Source of the DNA: Barthelona sp. PCE
Taxonomy: Eukaryota
DNA length: 64,000 nucleotides
Reading direction: 5' to 3'
Assembly (NCBI GenBank): GCA_040285745.1
Contig: JAUFOR010000003.1
Location: forward strand, 1,178,001 to 1,242,000
This document shows, piece after piece, positions 8,983-18,384 of this stretch (position 1 is its first letter; the number at the start of each line of letters is the position of its first letter). The translations under genes were made by a program, and so were the position numbers. The notes below the pieces were generated by a model. The model made no database searches and was not told where the DNA came from. It saw only the letters and a program-made list of their open reading frames with translations.

Positions 8983-10956
8983 ATGCCTTGCGTTGCAAAG
9001 AAAATCCTTCAAGCTCACTGCGCTGAGCCCTTACCCGCTGTCGGCAACGAAATTATGCTCGCTGTTGACCTCAGTCTCAAGCAAGACGCCACTGGTACCG
9101 CCCAGAGTCTTGAATTAGAGCTTTTAATGGAAGATCGCGAAGATCCAAAAGAAAAGAAAGTTAAGCCTCGTGGATATATTTTTATTGATCACAACATGCA
9201 AGGCAATGGATATTTGAATCACGACGATCACGTATATCTCCGTTCTATCGCTGAAAGATATTCTCAACATTTTTTCCCTCCCGGTTCTGGAATTATTCAT
9301 CAACTGAACATTGAAAGCTGTATCCGCTCTGGTGAGGTTTGTATTGGTACCGATTCCCACACTCCTTCTGGTGGTGGTGTTGGTGCAATTTCCATTGGTG
9401 TCGGTGGACTTGATTCCGCCCTTGTCGATTCCGGTTCTGATCTGAAGCTCGTTATGCCCAAGATCGTCGGTATCCGTCTTGTTGGAAAGCTCCCTCCCTT
9501 TGTTTCTGCCAAGGACATTATTCTCCAAGTTCTCCGCGAACGTGGTTCACGTAACAAGAACATCATCTATGAGTACTTTGGTGAGGGTATTAAGGAGCTC
9601 GATGTTGCTGGCCGTGCCACCATCACTAACATGGGTGCCGAAGCCGGTGTCACCACCTCCCTCTTCCCCTCTGATGAGATTACCAAGATTTGGTTTGAGC
9701 AGATGGGCCGCCCAGAGCACTACGTCGAGATCCTCGCTGATGACGAGTCCGACTACGAGGAGATTCTTGAGATTGATCTCTCCAAGCTCCGCCCCAACGT
9801 TTCTATTCCCCATCAACCTCACTTTGTCAAGAGCGTTGACGAGTTCGAGGAGCCCATCCTTATCAACCAGGTCATCATTGGTTCTTGCACCAACGCTTCC
9901 TACCGTGATCTCATGACTGTCGCTGCTCTTCTGAAGGGTAAGACCTGTCACCCTGAGATCGAGGTTGCTATTGCCCCTGGTTCCCGTACCGTCCTCGAAA
10001 CCCTTGCCCGTAACGGTGCCCTCGCTGATCTAATCGCTTCTGGTTGCCGTATCCTTGAGTCTGGTTGCGGACCCTGTATTGGTATGGGTCTCTCCCCCAC
10101 AGCCGGTAACAACCCCGACAACCCACGTGGTGGCCGTACTCTCCGTTCTTTCAACCGTAACTTCTTCGGTCGTTGCGGTCACAAGGAAGGATCCGAGTCC
10201 TACCTCGCCTCCCCCGAGACATGTGCTGCTGCAGCACTCACTGGTTACATCTGCGGTGCTGACTCCCTGGGTATGGAAGTTCCCGTCATTCCTGAACCCG
10301 TGTACAACATCACTGACAACTGCGTCATCAAGCCTGATGAGAGCAAGGTCGGTATCACTCCCATTATCCGTGGCCCCAACATCAAGCCCATTCCTCCACT
10401 TTCTCCCCCTGAGGACATTGAGGTTCCCGTTATCCTGAAGTGTGGTGATGATATTACTACTGATGACATTATGCCTGCTGGTGCCAAGATTCTTCCCCTT
10501 CGTTCCAACGTTCCCGCTATTTCCAAGTTCGTTTTCGTCAACATGGATCCTACCTTCCACGATCGCGCTCTTGAAATGAAGGAGGAGCACGGTGGTTCCA
10601 TCATCATTGGTGGTGAAGCCTACGGCTCTGGTTCTTCCCGTGAACACGCTGCTCTCTGCCCCAGCGCTCAGTTGGGTGTTCGTATCGTCATTGCCAAGGA
10701 CGTTCAGCGTATTTTCGAGTCCAACGCCTGTAACTGGGGTCAGCTCGCTGCCTCATTCGAGGATCCCGCCGATTATGACCGTATCGAGCAAGGTGATATT
10801 CTTAAGACCATCAACCTCCGTGAAGGTGTTAAGGAAGGTACAATTAAGATCCGTAATGTCACCAAGGACTTTGAGTTCAACGTTGTCGTTGGATTCGGTG
10901 AAATTTCTAAGGAAGTTTACCTCGCTGGTGGTTTGATCAACTACGCCAAAAAATAA
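8983..10956 (+). CDS. Aconitate hydratase, prokaryotic Aquifex/archaeal-type single-chain [4Fe-4S] aconitase
   Basis: 657 aa. Motifs KILxAH, QDATGT, DHN, GIIHQ, DSHT, GSCTN, CGPCIG, FNRNF, ITTDDIMPAG, GSSREHA and terminal LAGGLINY; all three cluster cysteines present; no N-terminal presequence. Confidence 0.92.
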   Translation: MPCVAKKILQAHCAEPLPAVGNEIMLAVDLSLKQDATGTAQSLELELLMEDREDPKEKKVKPRGYIFIDHNMQGNGYLNHDDHVYLRSIAERYSQHFFPPGSGIIHQLNIESCIRSGEVCIGTDSHTPSGGGVGAISIGVGGLDSALVDSGSDLKLVMPKIVGIRLVGKLPPFVSAKDIILQVLRERGSRNKNIIYEYFGEGIKELDVAGRATITNMGAEAGVTTSLFPSDEITKIWFEQMGRPEHYVEILADDESDYEEILEIDLSKLRPNVSIPHQPHFVKSVDEFEEPILINQVIIGSCTNASYRDLMTVAALLKGKTCHPEIEVAIAPGSRTVLETLARNGALADLIASGCRILESGCGPCIGMGLSPTAGNNPDNPRGGRTLRSFNRNFFGRCGHKEGSESYLASPETCAAAALTGYICGADSLGMEVPVIPEPVYNITDNCVIKPDESKVGITPIIRGPNIKPIPPLSPPEDIEVPVILKCGDDITTDDIMPAGAKILPLRSNVPAISKFVFVNMDPTFHDRALEMKEEHGGSIIIGGEAYGSGSSREHAALCPSAQLGVRIVIAKDVQRIFESNACNWGQLAASFEDPADYDRIEQGDILKTINLREGVKEGTIKIRNVTKDFEFNVVVGFGEISKEVYLAGGLINYAKK

Positions 10957-10995
10957 TCCCCCAACCCAACATACATCCCCTGTAAACCGTTTCTC

Positions 10996-11826
10996 TTATT
11001 TATTACGATACATGTTTATAGTTTCTATTATTGCGCAAAAAATTGGAGGCTGAACATAACCTAATGTGCCACTGTTCAAGACTTCAGTACATAGTGCAGC
11101 ATCATCTTCAACAATAGGAGTAAACTCATCCTCTACCCACTTTAAGACTTGTGTCTTTATCTCTGCAGGGAATAATTCACCAACTACATTACTCAACATC
11201 AATAATGATACCTCAAAAAACTCTCGGGTAAGTGATGTGTCGCTCAATCTACACTGAATAATAAATTTAGCAATATAAGGATACATTGAAGGACTCCATG
11301 CAATTGGATACGATACTTTAAAAAATTCTTCAAACAACTCAAAGAAAATTCTAAAAAACGAAGAAAGCTCTTTGTGTATAACTAATATTTTGTTCATAAA
11401 TTCCTGAATAAACTGTTCTGCTAATTCTTTTTCTAATAATTTATCCTTTAGAAATTGTATTACTAACCTAGTATTCTGAATAAAAATCTCGCTCTCAAGA
11501 AATTGACTACATAAGCCTTGTTCTTTTTTTATCCACTTCAATGCAGTCTTGCTAATCAGATTGCTAATCAGTGTGTTATTTCCCTGATTACATACAGACC
11601 TAAAACTTTCTGTTTTTGCAATCATGTTGAATACCCACAATAAATTTAGCAGGCACTCGTAATCATTCTTAACACAAGGTGCATCAATCCACCCTACAAT
11701 GCGTCGCAGTACCTGAAGGTCTTTCATGTGAAAATCTGATCTTTTATCATTCAAGAACTGCTGAAATTCATTTAAGTAATCCATTGTTAACTCATCATTG
11801 CTCGGGTACAGCATACATTGCATCAT
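10996..11826 (-). CDS. Hypothetical protein, probably alpha-helical
   Basis: Open frame of about 276 aa from ATG 11826; no motif recognised. Confidence 0.6.
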   Translation of the reverse strand: MMQCMLYPSNDELTMDYLNEFQQFLNDKRSDFHMKDLQVLRRIVGWIDAPCVKNDYECLLNLLWVFNMIAKTESFRSVCNQGNNTLISNLISKTALKWIKKEQGLCSQFLESEIFIQNTRLVIQFLKDKLLEKELAEQFIQEFMNKILVIHKELSSFFRIFFELFEEFFKVSYPIAWSPSMYPYIAKFIIQCRLSDTSLTREFFEVSLLMLSNVVGELFPAEIKTQVLKWVEDEFTPIVEDDAALCTEVLNSGTLGYVQPPIFCAIIETINMYRNK

Positions 11827-12752
11827 TTTAAAAATTAAACAACCCAAAAAGAAGTGATAAACATTGAACGAAAAAAGTTAAAAATTCTAAAACAGTTATG
11901 GGCAGTAAAATACTTTATTAACTATATTTATGTCATACTTTGCACCATTTAATTTCATTTGAACATACTTTTATTCGAAATTATATTAAAATTATAGTGC
12001 CTGTCTTAATGGATCCAATATTTACCTTTTTTTCAGTAATGCGTTCGACAATAATTTCATATAGACTCTATTTATCAGACTTCTACAAAAACACTTATGC
12101 GATACTGATTTATATTGTAGATTTAAAATTTGTTAATCTTTGTTTTGCGATAAAAGAATATTATTTACCTCAAAAAAGGTTTTATAATCAATATTTATAC
12201 CTTATTTATTTAATTAAAAGTTGTTATTCTAAATATATGTAGAGAAAAAAATGGTAATCAATTTTCATTAAGGGTGAGTGGTAAATGTTTACTGTTGTTT
12301 GTAAATGTAAGTAAATATAGAGAATAAAACATAATTCATGACCCTAATATTAGTGGAACAGAATTGTGGATAAACAATATCAATAATTGGTATATATATA
12401 AAGATCTGTGGCTATAATTTGTGTAAAATCCATATATTATAATTATATGCATATGTTTTTTTTTTATCTTCTTCAAAGTAAAATTTCAGTAAAAGAATCT
12501 GTAAAAGATAGGGGAAATTAGTGGAAACATTCTGTAGATGCTGAAAAATGAACGTATAACTTGTAGTAGAAGATATTTTTATTATTTTTGTTACACATAT
12601 TTGAATGGTAGTATAGTTAATGTATCATAATGAGGATATTTAATGCATCATAAAACACACTCCTACATTGATTGTTTGTTGAATACAAGATGAAGAGATA
12701 TGTAACAAATAGTTCGAAATAAATATTTACACTGGAATAGTTGGAAAAGTGA

Positions 12753-14768
12753 TTAGACTTCCTGATCAGCACCAGAAAGATTCAAGTGAACAATCTCCAT
12801 TTCATAAAAGAATTGATCGATTGAAATATGATCTTCAAACTCTAAAGATAAACAAAGTTCAGCGCTTGAATCAAATCTCCACACCTTGCTGATCCACTCA
12901 CGAGTCTCATAGTCAAAGGAAAATTCGGAAAGATAACCTTCTTTGTTCTTCCATGGATCGTTGAGAAAAGGCATTCTTTCAACAGTATGAATATCAGCAG
13001 TGATCTCTCCCGTGTCCTTATTGAAGTGACACTCAACAAAACCATCAGAAGTTGCAAAAACATTGGCTGATACACTTGTTGATATTACTGAAGAGATTAA
13101 TTCGTTTTCATACACTGATCCTGACTCAATATCAACGAGATAGACACGTTTATCACTGAGAATATAGAGATGGTTGTTCTCTGTATAATAAGATGGAAGA
13201 CCATTAATTTTTTCTGAACTGTATGTGAATTTTTTCACTAACTCCAATTCATTATTGAGAATAAAGAGAAGAACACGATTGTTCATGCGAATAAGCACAG
13301 TCCTTTCACCAATATGAGCAGTAATAAATTCATCATCATCACTAACTTCAAAAAGAAATGTGCTATTTAACATCATATTGCGTGAAGGGCCTTCCCTAGA
13401 AATACCCAAGACCTTATCTGCCTGACTTCTTAATAACTCATAGTCAGAATAGTCAAAGTCTGTGGTCAGTCCATCCTGTTTCCAGTCGACGAATCGAGCC
13501 ATTTTAAAGTGAGCTGGAGGAACGGAGGAATCATTGTAATAAACCACAAGATCCTTAGCACCAGAAGTAACACAGTTTGATGACGAAATAGTCTGATACT
13601 TGGTGTTATGAACAAGAACTAAACGCTTCTGTTCAAGATAGAAGTAAGCAGCGTACTGCTTTTTAATATCAACAGGGACTTCGAAAGCCTCAGTCGAAAG
13701 ATCAATTGAATCGGTTCTGTACACAACAGCCTGTTCATTAACGATTTTGTGTTTGTCCAGATTGCAACCAGCAGTAAAAAACTCAGTAACAGGACTGTTA
13801 TGTGACAAATTGGTGAGACTAACAAAATCCTTGGAGGGAAAAACGATGTTCTTATCAGCGTTAATGAAACCATTATTTATATTGAGACGATCGTCAATAA
13901 CATGATAAGTTGTGGCAAAACCATTTTCAACAATAGTAAAACAGAACTCGTTATCCAGAAGGGTATGCACAAAGAGATCTTGAGCGTTGAACGGTTTTAC
14001 GCCAACAAGACTGGGGAATTTTTCAAGCATATTCAGCGTGCAGCCATTAGCATCAATTGCATAGAATTTCTCATATTTACCATAACCACGATCATCTAAC
14101 GAGAAAGCAAGAAGAGTGTTGGTGCTCTCAATAATATGGGAATATTGACCATTCCACACACCATCAAAAACAACAGGTTTGAGATGTGCATTACGGTCCT
14201 GGCTGATTGATCCATCAAAGGCAAGGCAGAACATGGGTGTGTCGTCCATTAAGTACTGGCGCATGAGGGGCATTGCTCTACTGTTACGAATTGAGATGAA
14301 ATCAAGACCTTCGAAAGTGTGATAGTTGCCTGTTCTGTCAGTTAGAACAACAGAACGACGGTTGAATTGGTTGGGGATAACATCTTCGTAGACAAACGCA
14401 AAGTGTTCATTGTCAAAGAAGAAGTTTTGGGGTTGAAGAACTGAAGAAATTGAATCAACTGTAATGGGAAGGTTGAGAATCTGTTCTTCTGCTTCGCTCA
14501 CATTGCTCTCGAAGTCACAGGTCTGCAGCATGATTTGAGCAGGCTTGTTGTGGATGGGTGCAGCTGAATATATTCCTTCGGTGCGAAGGACACGCTTATA
14601 ACCACAATTTTCGGCGATGTTTTCGGTTTGGATGGTTGTGAAGGAGCTTGTCTTCATATCTATGGCATCAGTCTTGAGATTAGCGATACTAACAAAATAA
14701 TTGCAGTTTTTAAAGGTTAACGAGCATTCAGGAGCGGCAGAAACAATTGGTGAAGTTGGACGGGGCAT
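12753..14768 (-). CDS. Hypothetical beta-rich protein, 'MPR-' paralog family member 1
   Basis: ATG at 14768 (MPRPTSP); shares sequence blocks with the ORF at 18385-20493. Confidence 0.75.
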   Translation of the reverse strand: MPRPTSPIVSAAPECSLTFKNCNYFVSIANLKTDAIDMKTSSFTTIQTENIAENCGYKRVLRTEGIYSAAPIHNKPAQIMLQTCDFESNVSEAEEQILNLPITVDSISSVLQPQNFFFDNEHFAFVYEDVIPNQFNRRSVVLTDRTGNYHTFEGLDFISIRNSRAMPLMRQYLMDDTPMFCLAFDGSISQDRNAHLKPVVFDGVWNGQYSHIIESTNTLLAFSLDDRGYGKYEKFYAIDANGCTLNMLEKFPSLVGVKPFNAQDLFVHTLLDNEFCFTIVENGFATTYHVIDDRLNINNGFINADKNIVFPSKDFVSLTNLSHNSPVTEFFTAGCNLDKHKIVNEQAVVYRTDSIDLSTEAFEVPVDIKKQYAAYFYLEQKRLVLVHNTKYQTISSSNCVTSGAKDLVVYYNDSSVPPAHFKMARFVDWKQDGLTTDFDYSDYELLRSQADKVLGISREGPSRNMMLNSTFLFEVSDDDEFITAHIGERTVLIRMNNRVLLFILNNELELVKKFTYSSEKINGLPSYYTENNHLYILSDKRVYLVDIESGSVYENELISSVISTSVSANVFATSDGFVECHFNKDTGEITADIHTVERMPFLNDPWKNKEGYLSEFSFDYETREWISKVWRFDSSAELCLSLEFEDHISIDQFFYEMEIVHLNLSGADQEV

Positions 14769-15228
14769 AAAAACAAAAGATTTAAACAAATAAGGGTAAG
14801 AAAAGAAAGAATATTAAATCAATTGAAGGAATTGGGAAACACAAACCTGCCTTTTATGGTTGTTCACGTTTTTATTGAAATTTGATCAGATTACGCAAAA
14901 TTCACAAAATATTTGCATGATTCACCATAGTTCCTTCCCTTATATACAGCGGTAGTAAAGCCTGAAACTTTGATGATTTACAGAGATCTACTCGATACTA
15001 ATAAATAGGTATAAAATATACAAAAGAAAATAGGTAACCTTGATATACGTGAACTAAGCAATTCAACTCTGCTTCGTGTTCCATTCTCTAATTGTTCATC
15101 AATCTGGGATCTTGAGGATCGGTTGGAGATTTTTTAAAAGTGTTTTTAATTGTGACTTTGTCTCTAGATTTTCACCCACAACTGCATTAGAATAAGCATA
15201 ATGAATAAACAGCAAAAAAGAGGAAGTG

Positions 15229-16350
15229 TTATTCGGTGTTGTCACACTTGGTGGTTGACTGCAACGTTTCAACAACATTAATGATTGCCTTTGCTGCAAA
15301 ACGAACCTCATCTTCGGTTGTAGTGAAACCCAAGCTGATTCTTGCTGTTCTGCGTATGATTTCAGGTTCAAGACCCATGAGAAGCAACGATTTGCTCAGC
15401 TTATCACCACAACAACTGCTCCCAGTTGAAAAACAAACCTGACTTCCCAGCTCCAGCATTACATCTTTCGCACAACATGGAAGAACTATAGAGAGTGTGT
15501 TATAAAGGGAATGAGCCTTCCTGTTATTAAGTGTTATCGAAGGAAAACGGTCTTTAAGGAGTGAAAAAAGCAATTGACTTAAATCAAACACTTTTGAAAC
15601 CAATTCCTCGCTCTCAATACAGAATTTAGTGGACGCGCTAAGCATTTGTGCTAAAGCGACAGGAAGTGTACCACTGCGCAGTTGCTGCTGTCTACCACCG
15701 TCCAGCCATTGAGATTGTATAGGTTCAAGTCCTTTTCTGACTAGAAGAGCGCCTATACCGGCAACTGCGTATTGCTTCTGTCCAGTGAGGGTGATGAGGT
15801 CTGGTTGGTGGTCTAAAAAAGTCAAAAGTTGTCTTGGAACCTTCCCCAAACCCTGGCTTGCATCACAATGGAGAAGTACATTGTTTTCTATGCAAACCTT
15901 CTTAATACGCTCAATTGGCTGGATTATACCGGTCTCATTGTTCGCAAACATGATAGATACAAGCCTAATATCCCGGTTGTCAACAATAATATTTGATAGT
16001 GCTTCCACATCCATCTGCCCTGTTGAAAGGCATGGGATCTCAATCAGAGTCCGTGCATTAAGGCGTACACTGGGGTGTTCGAACCCACAACACGCTATTT
16101 TATCCTCATCATCAATGAAGGATTGCAGTGCAAGACAGTTGGCTTCAGTGCCGCCCGATGTTATGACAATATCGTGCTCATGGAGTCCAAGAGCATCCCT
16201 TATGCCATTTAGGGCATCGTCGAATGCCTGTTTTGACTCGCGTGCAAGAAAATGTGACCCAGAAGCGTTGGAGAAGTGTTCGAAAGTAAATGGGTAAGCG
16301 GATCCAGCCAAGCACGGAGTTGCTGCGTTGTAGTCGAGGTACACAGTCAT
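15229..16350 (-). CDS. Group I cysteine desulfurase / selenocysteine lyase-like PLP enzyme (NifS-like)
   Basis: YLDYNAATP, ITSGGTEAN, EHPSV, ANNETG, HCDASQ, TGQK (PLP lysine), RSGT, STGSSC (catalytic Cys) and RISLG. Confidence 0.9.
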   Translation of the reverse strand: MTVYLDYNAATPCLAGSAYPFTFEHFSNASGSHFLARESKQAFDDALNGIRDALGLHEHDIVITSGGTEANCLALQSFIDDEDKIACCGFEHPSVRLNARTLIEIPCLSTGQMDVEALSNIIVDNRDIRLVSIMFANNETGIIQPIERIKKVCIENNVLLHCDASQGLGKVPRQLLTFLDHQPDLITLTGQKQYAVAGIGALLVRKGLEPIQSQWLDGGRQQQLRSGTLPVALAQMLSASTKFCIESEELVSKVFDLSQLLFSLLKDRFPSITLNNRKAHSLYNTLSIVLPCCAKDVMLELGSQVCFSTGSSCCGDKLSKSLLLMGLEPEIIRRTARISLGFTTTEDEVRFAAKAIINVVETLQSTTKCDNTE

Positions 16351-17152
16351 TATGTAGTGGTATGAAGGAGTTAAAACTTTTACAAAAACACTTTTATAGG
16401 CTTTGCATTCTGTAACATTGATGAATATTTAGGTGATTGATTTTACATATGTATGCAGATAAAGTTAATAAACAGAATAAATCTTGTTCTTGTAACTACC
16501 TGTTTAAGACACTAGCTTTCAATAAGCTATATTCAGTTTTAAACGGTTTTATGCAGTTGATCCTCCAATTGCCAATGTGTGTTGTCCATTTGAGTGTTTT
16601 TCATTATGAAAGGATAAGAATTTGTGTTTGTTGCAGTCACTATTTGTTTTCACAGTAGTGAACTATCAATGCAGCCCAGCCACAGGTGAATCACTCGGCC
16701 ACGGAAGATTTCATATTGAAACTACATTTAGTGAGGATTTTCATTTTTGTGAAAGTAACGCCGGGGGCAAAGAGGATTTGATATACCGAGTATATCACAG
16801 CTTTTGTTGTAAAATGATTGATTTGAGGTTATAGTGTTTGTTAGAGGATCAAAATCAATAGTTTAGAGGAAGAAGATGCAGGTTGTCTCTAGCTCATGTA
16901 TTATCATATATTTTAGATGTTTAAAGTCTTAATCGTTCATATTTATAGTAAGTTAAGAATATGAACAAGCTGTAAAAAGCATATTTGCAGTTATTTTTTT
17001 GAGGTTTTTGTAGTCATTGATGTTTCAATATCCATTATGCAGTTTTCTATAACCCCATGGACAATATCCAGGTAAGTTGAGCCGTAGTATAAAGCTTAGG
17101 AGTACTGAACAGTAAATAAACTTCCTTTCGCAAATACTTTCCTTTTACTACA

Positions 17153-17982
17153 ATGGTATGCTTTAAATATATATTATATGTGTTCAACGGCAATCTAACA
17201 TTCAGCCTCGTGGATTAAAGAAGCACTTAAAGACTCTTGCCGCCAACTCCCTTTACAACGTCGGTAAGACACACGGTACCTTTGTTATCCGTGCCACCGA
17301 GGGCCCTCACAAGGCCTCCGAGTCCATCCCCATCGCTATCCTTCTTAGAGAGCGTCTTGGTCTTGCACTTACCCGTCAGGAAGCCAACCACATCTGTAAG
17401 CAGAAGAACGTTCTTGTTGATGGTAAGGTCAAGACTAACTGCCGTTACCCCATCGGTTTCCAGGATGTCATCACTCTTCCCAAGTGCAACAAGCAGTACC
17501 GTATTCTTTTCGATACTAAGGGCCGTATGAAGATCCTCCCCATCACCGAGGAAGAGGCTACCTACAAGATCTGCAAGGTTCGTCGTTATGAGCTCCTCGC
17601 TAACGGTATTCCCGCTATTGTCACCCACGATGGCCGTACCATCCGTTATCCCCCTAAGGAGATCAAGAAGAACGATTCCGTCAAGATCAACATCGAGCAG
17701 AACTCTGTCGAGGAAGTTGCTCCCATCGAAGTCGGTGCTCTTGTTATGATTACTGGTGGTCGTTCCCGTGGTCGTGTTGGTCGTATCGTCCGTTTCGAGA
17801 AGCACATTGGTTCTTTCGAGATTATTCACATTCGTGATGCTGATGGTAACACCTTTGCCACTCGTCTCAACAACGCTTTCGTCATTGGTTCCGAGAACAC
17901 TTCTCTCATCACCCTCCCTACCGATCGTGGTGTCCGTGTTCACATCATGGATGATCGTGAGAACCGTCTTGCCCGTCAGTAA
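17153..17982 (+). CDS. RPS4: 40S ribosomal protein S4 (eS4); join(17153..17155,17206..17982), 259 aa
   Basis: Spliced product reads M-PRGLKKHLK...GPHK...VLVDGKV...YPIGFQDVI...THDGRTIRYP...FATRLNN. Strong optimal-codon bias. Confidence 0.97.
17156..17205 (+). other. 50-nt phase-0 spliceosomal intron directly after the RPS4 start codon
   Basis: ATG|GTATGC...TCTAACATTCAG|CCT. Removing it restores the conserved eS4 N-terminus; the intron is not a multiple of 3. Confidence 0.93.
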
Positions 17983-18384
17983 GCCACTTTTTGAGTAAAC
18001 TGGTTTGAAGATGGTTTGTGTATCATGCAGCTGTACTTTTTTTTTTGAAGAATCATGGAAACATTACGTTAATCAACCGCTTAAACATTAATAAAATAGA
18101 GAAAATGGAACAATGATGAGAAAGGCAATTTTTATTTATTTACAACAGTTTGTTTTTGGACTTTGCATTGAAGACAAAGAAGTACGTGCATGAATAGCCA
18201 TACTTTGTTTGCTTTTATCAATTGTACTTGCGGAAATATGTTGTTAGGTGTTACCTATGATTCAGAAGCAGAATGAATTATGCTGAATTAACAAAAATTT
18301 GTTCCATTATAACAAGTTTTCAAAAAAAAGTGTCTTTTTTAATGCGCTAAAGTAATGAAGCTATTCATTATTCATCTGGGCATG

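Noticed and set aside
11940-12242. 100-aa ORF in the AT-rich gap
   Set aside because: Non-ATG start and an I/F/Y/K composition typical of translated AT-rich non-coding DNA.
14843-14862. U5 loop-I-like AACC-TGCCTTTTAT-GGTT
   Set aside because: Loop differs from the invariant GCCUUUUAC, the stem is short, and the rest of the U5 fold is not evident.
17068-17078. CCAGGTAAGT, read as a U1 5' end on minus or a perfect donor on plus
   Set aside because: No U1 cloverleaf or U1-70K/U1A loops follow on minus; no acceptor with the local 12-nt spacing follows on plus.
17227-17943. 238-aa antisense ORF over RPS4, and similar shadow ORFs over the aconitase
   Set aside because: By-product of strong codon bias, which removes antisense stop codons.
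18104-18308. 10-bp inverted repeat AATGGAACAA/TTGTTCCATT around box C- and D-like motifs
   Set aside because: Expected by chance in an AT-rich spacer; box D is too far from the stem; no target-site duplication for a MITE.
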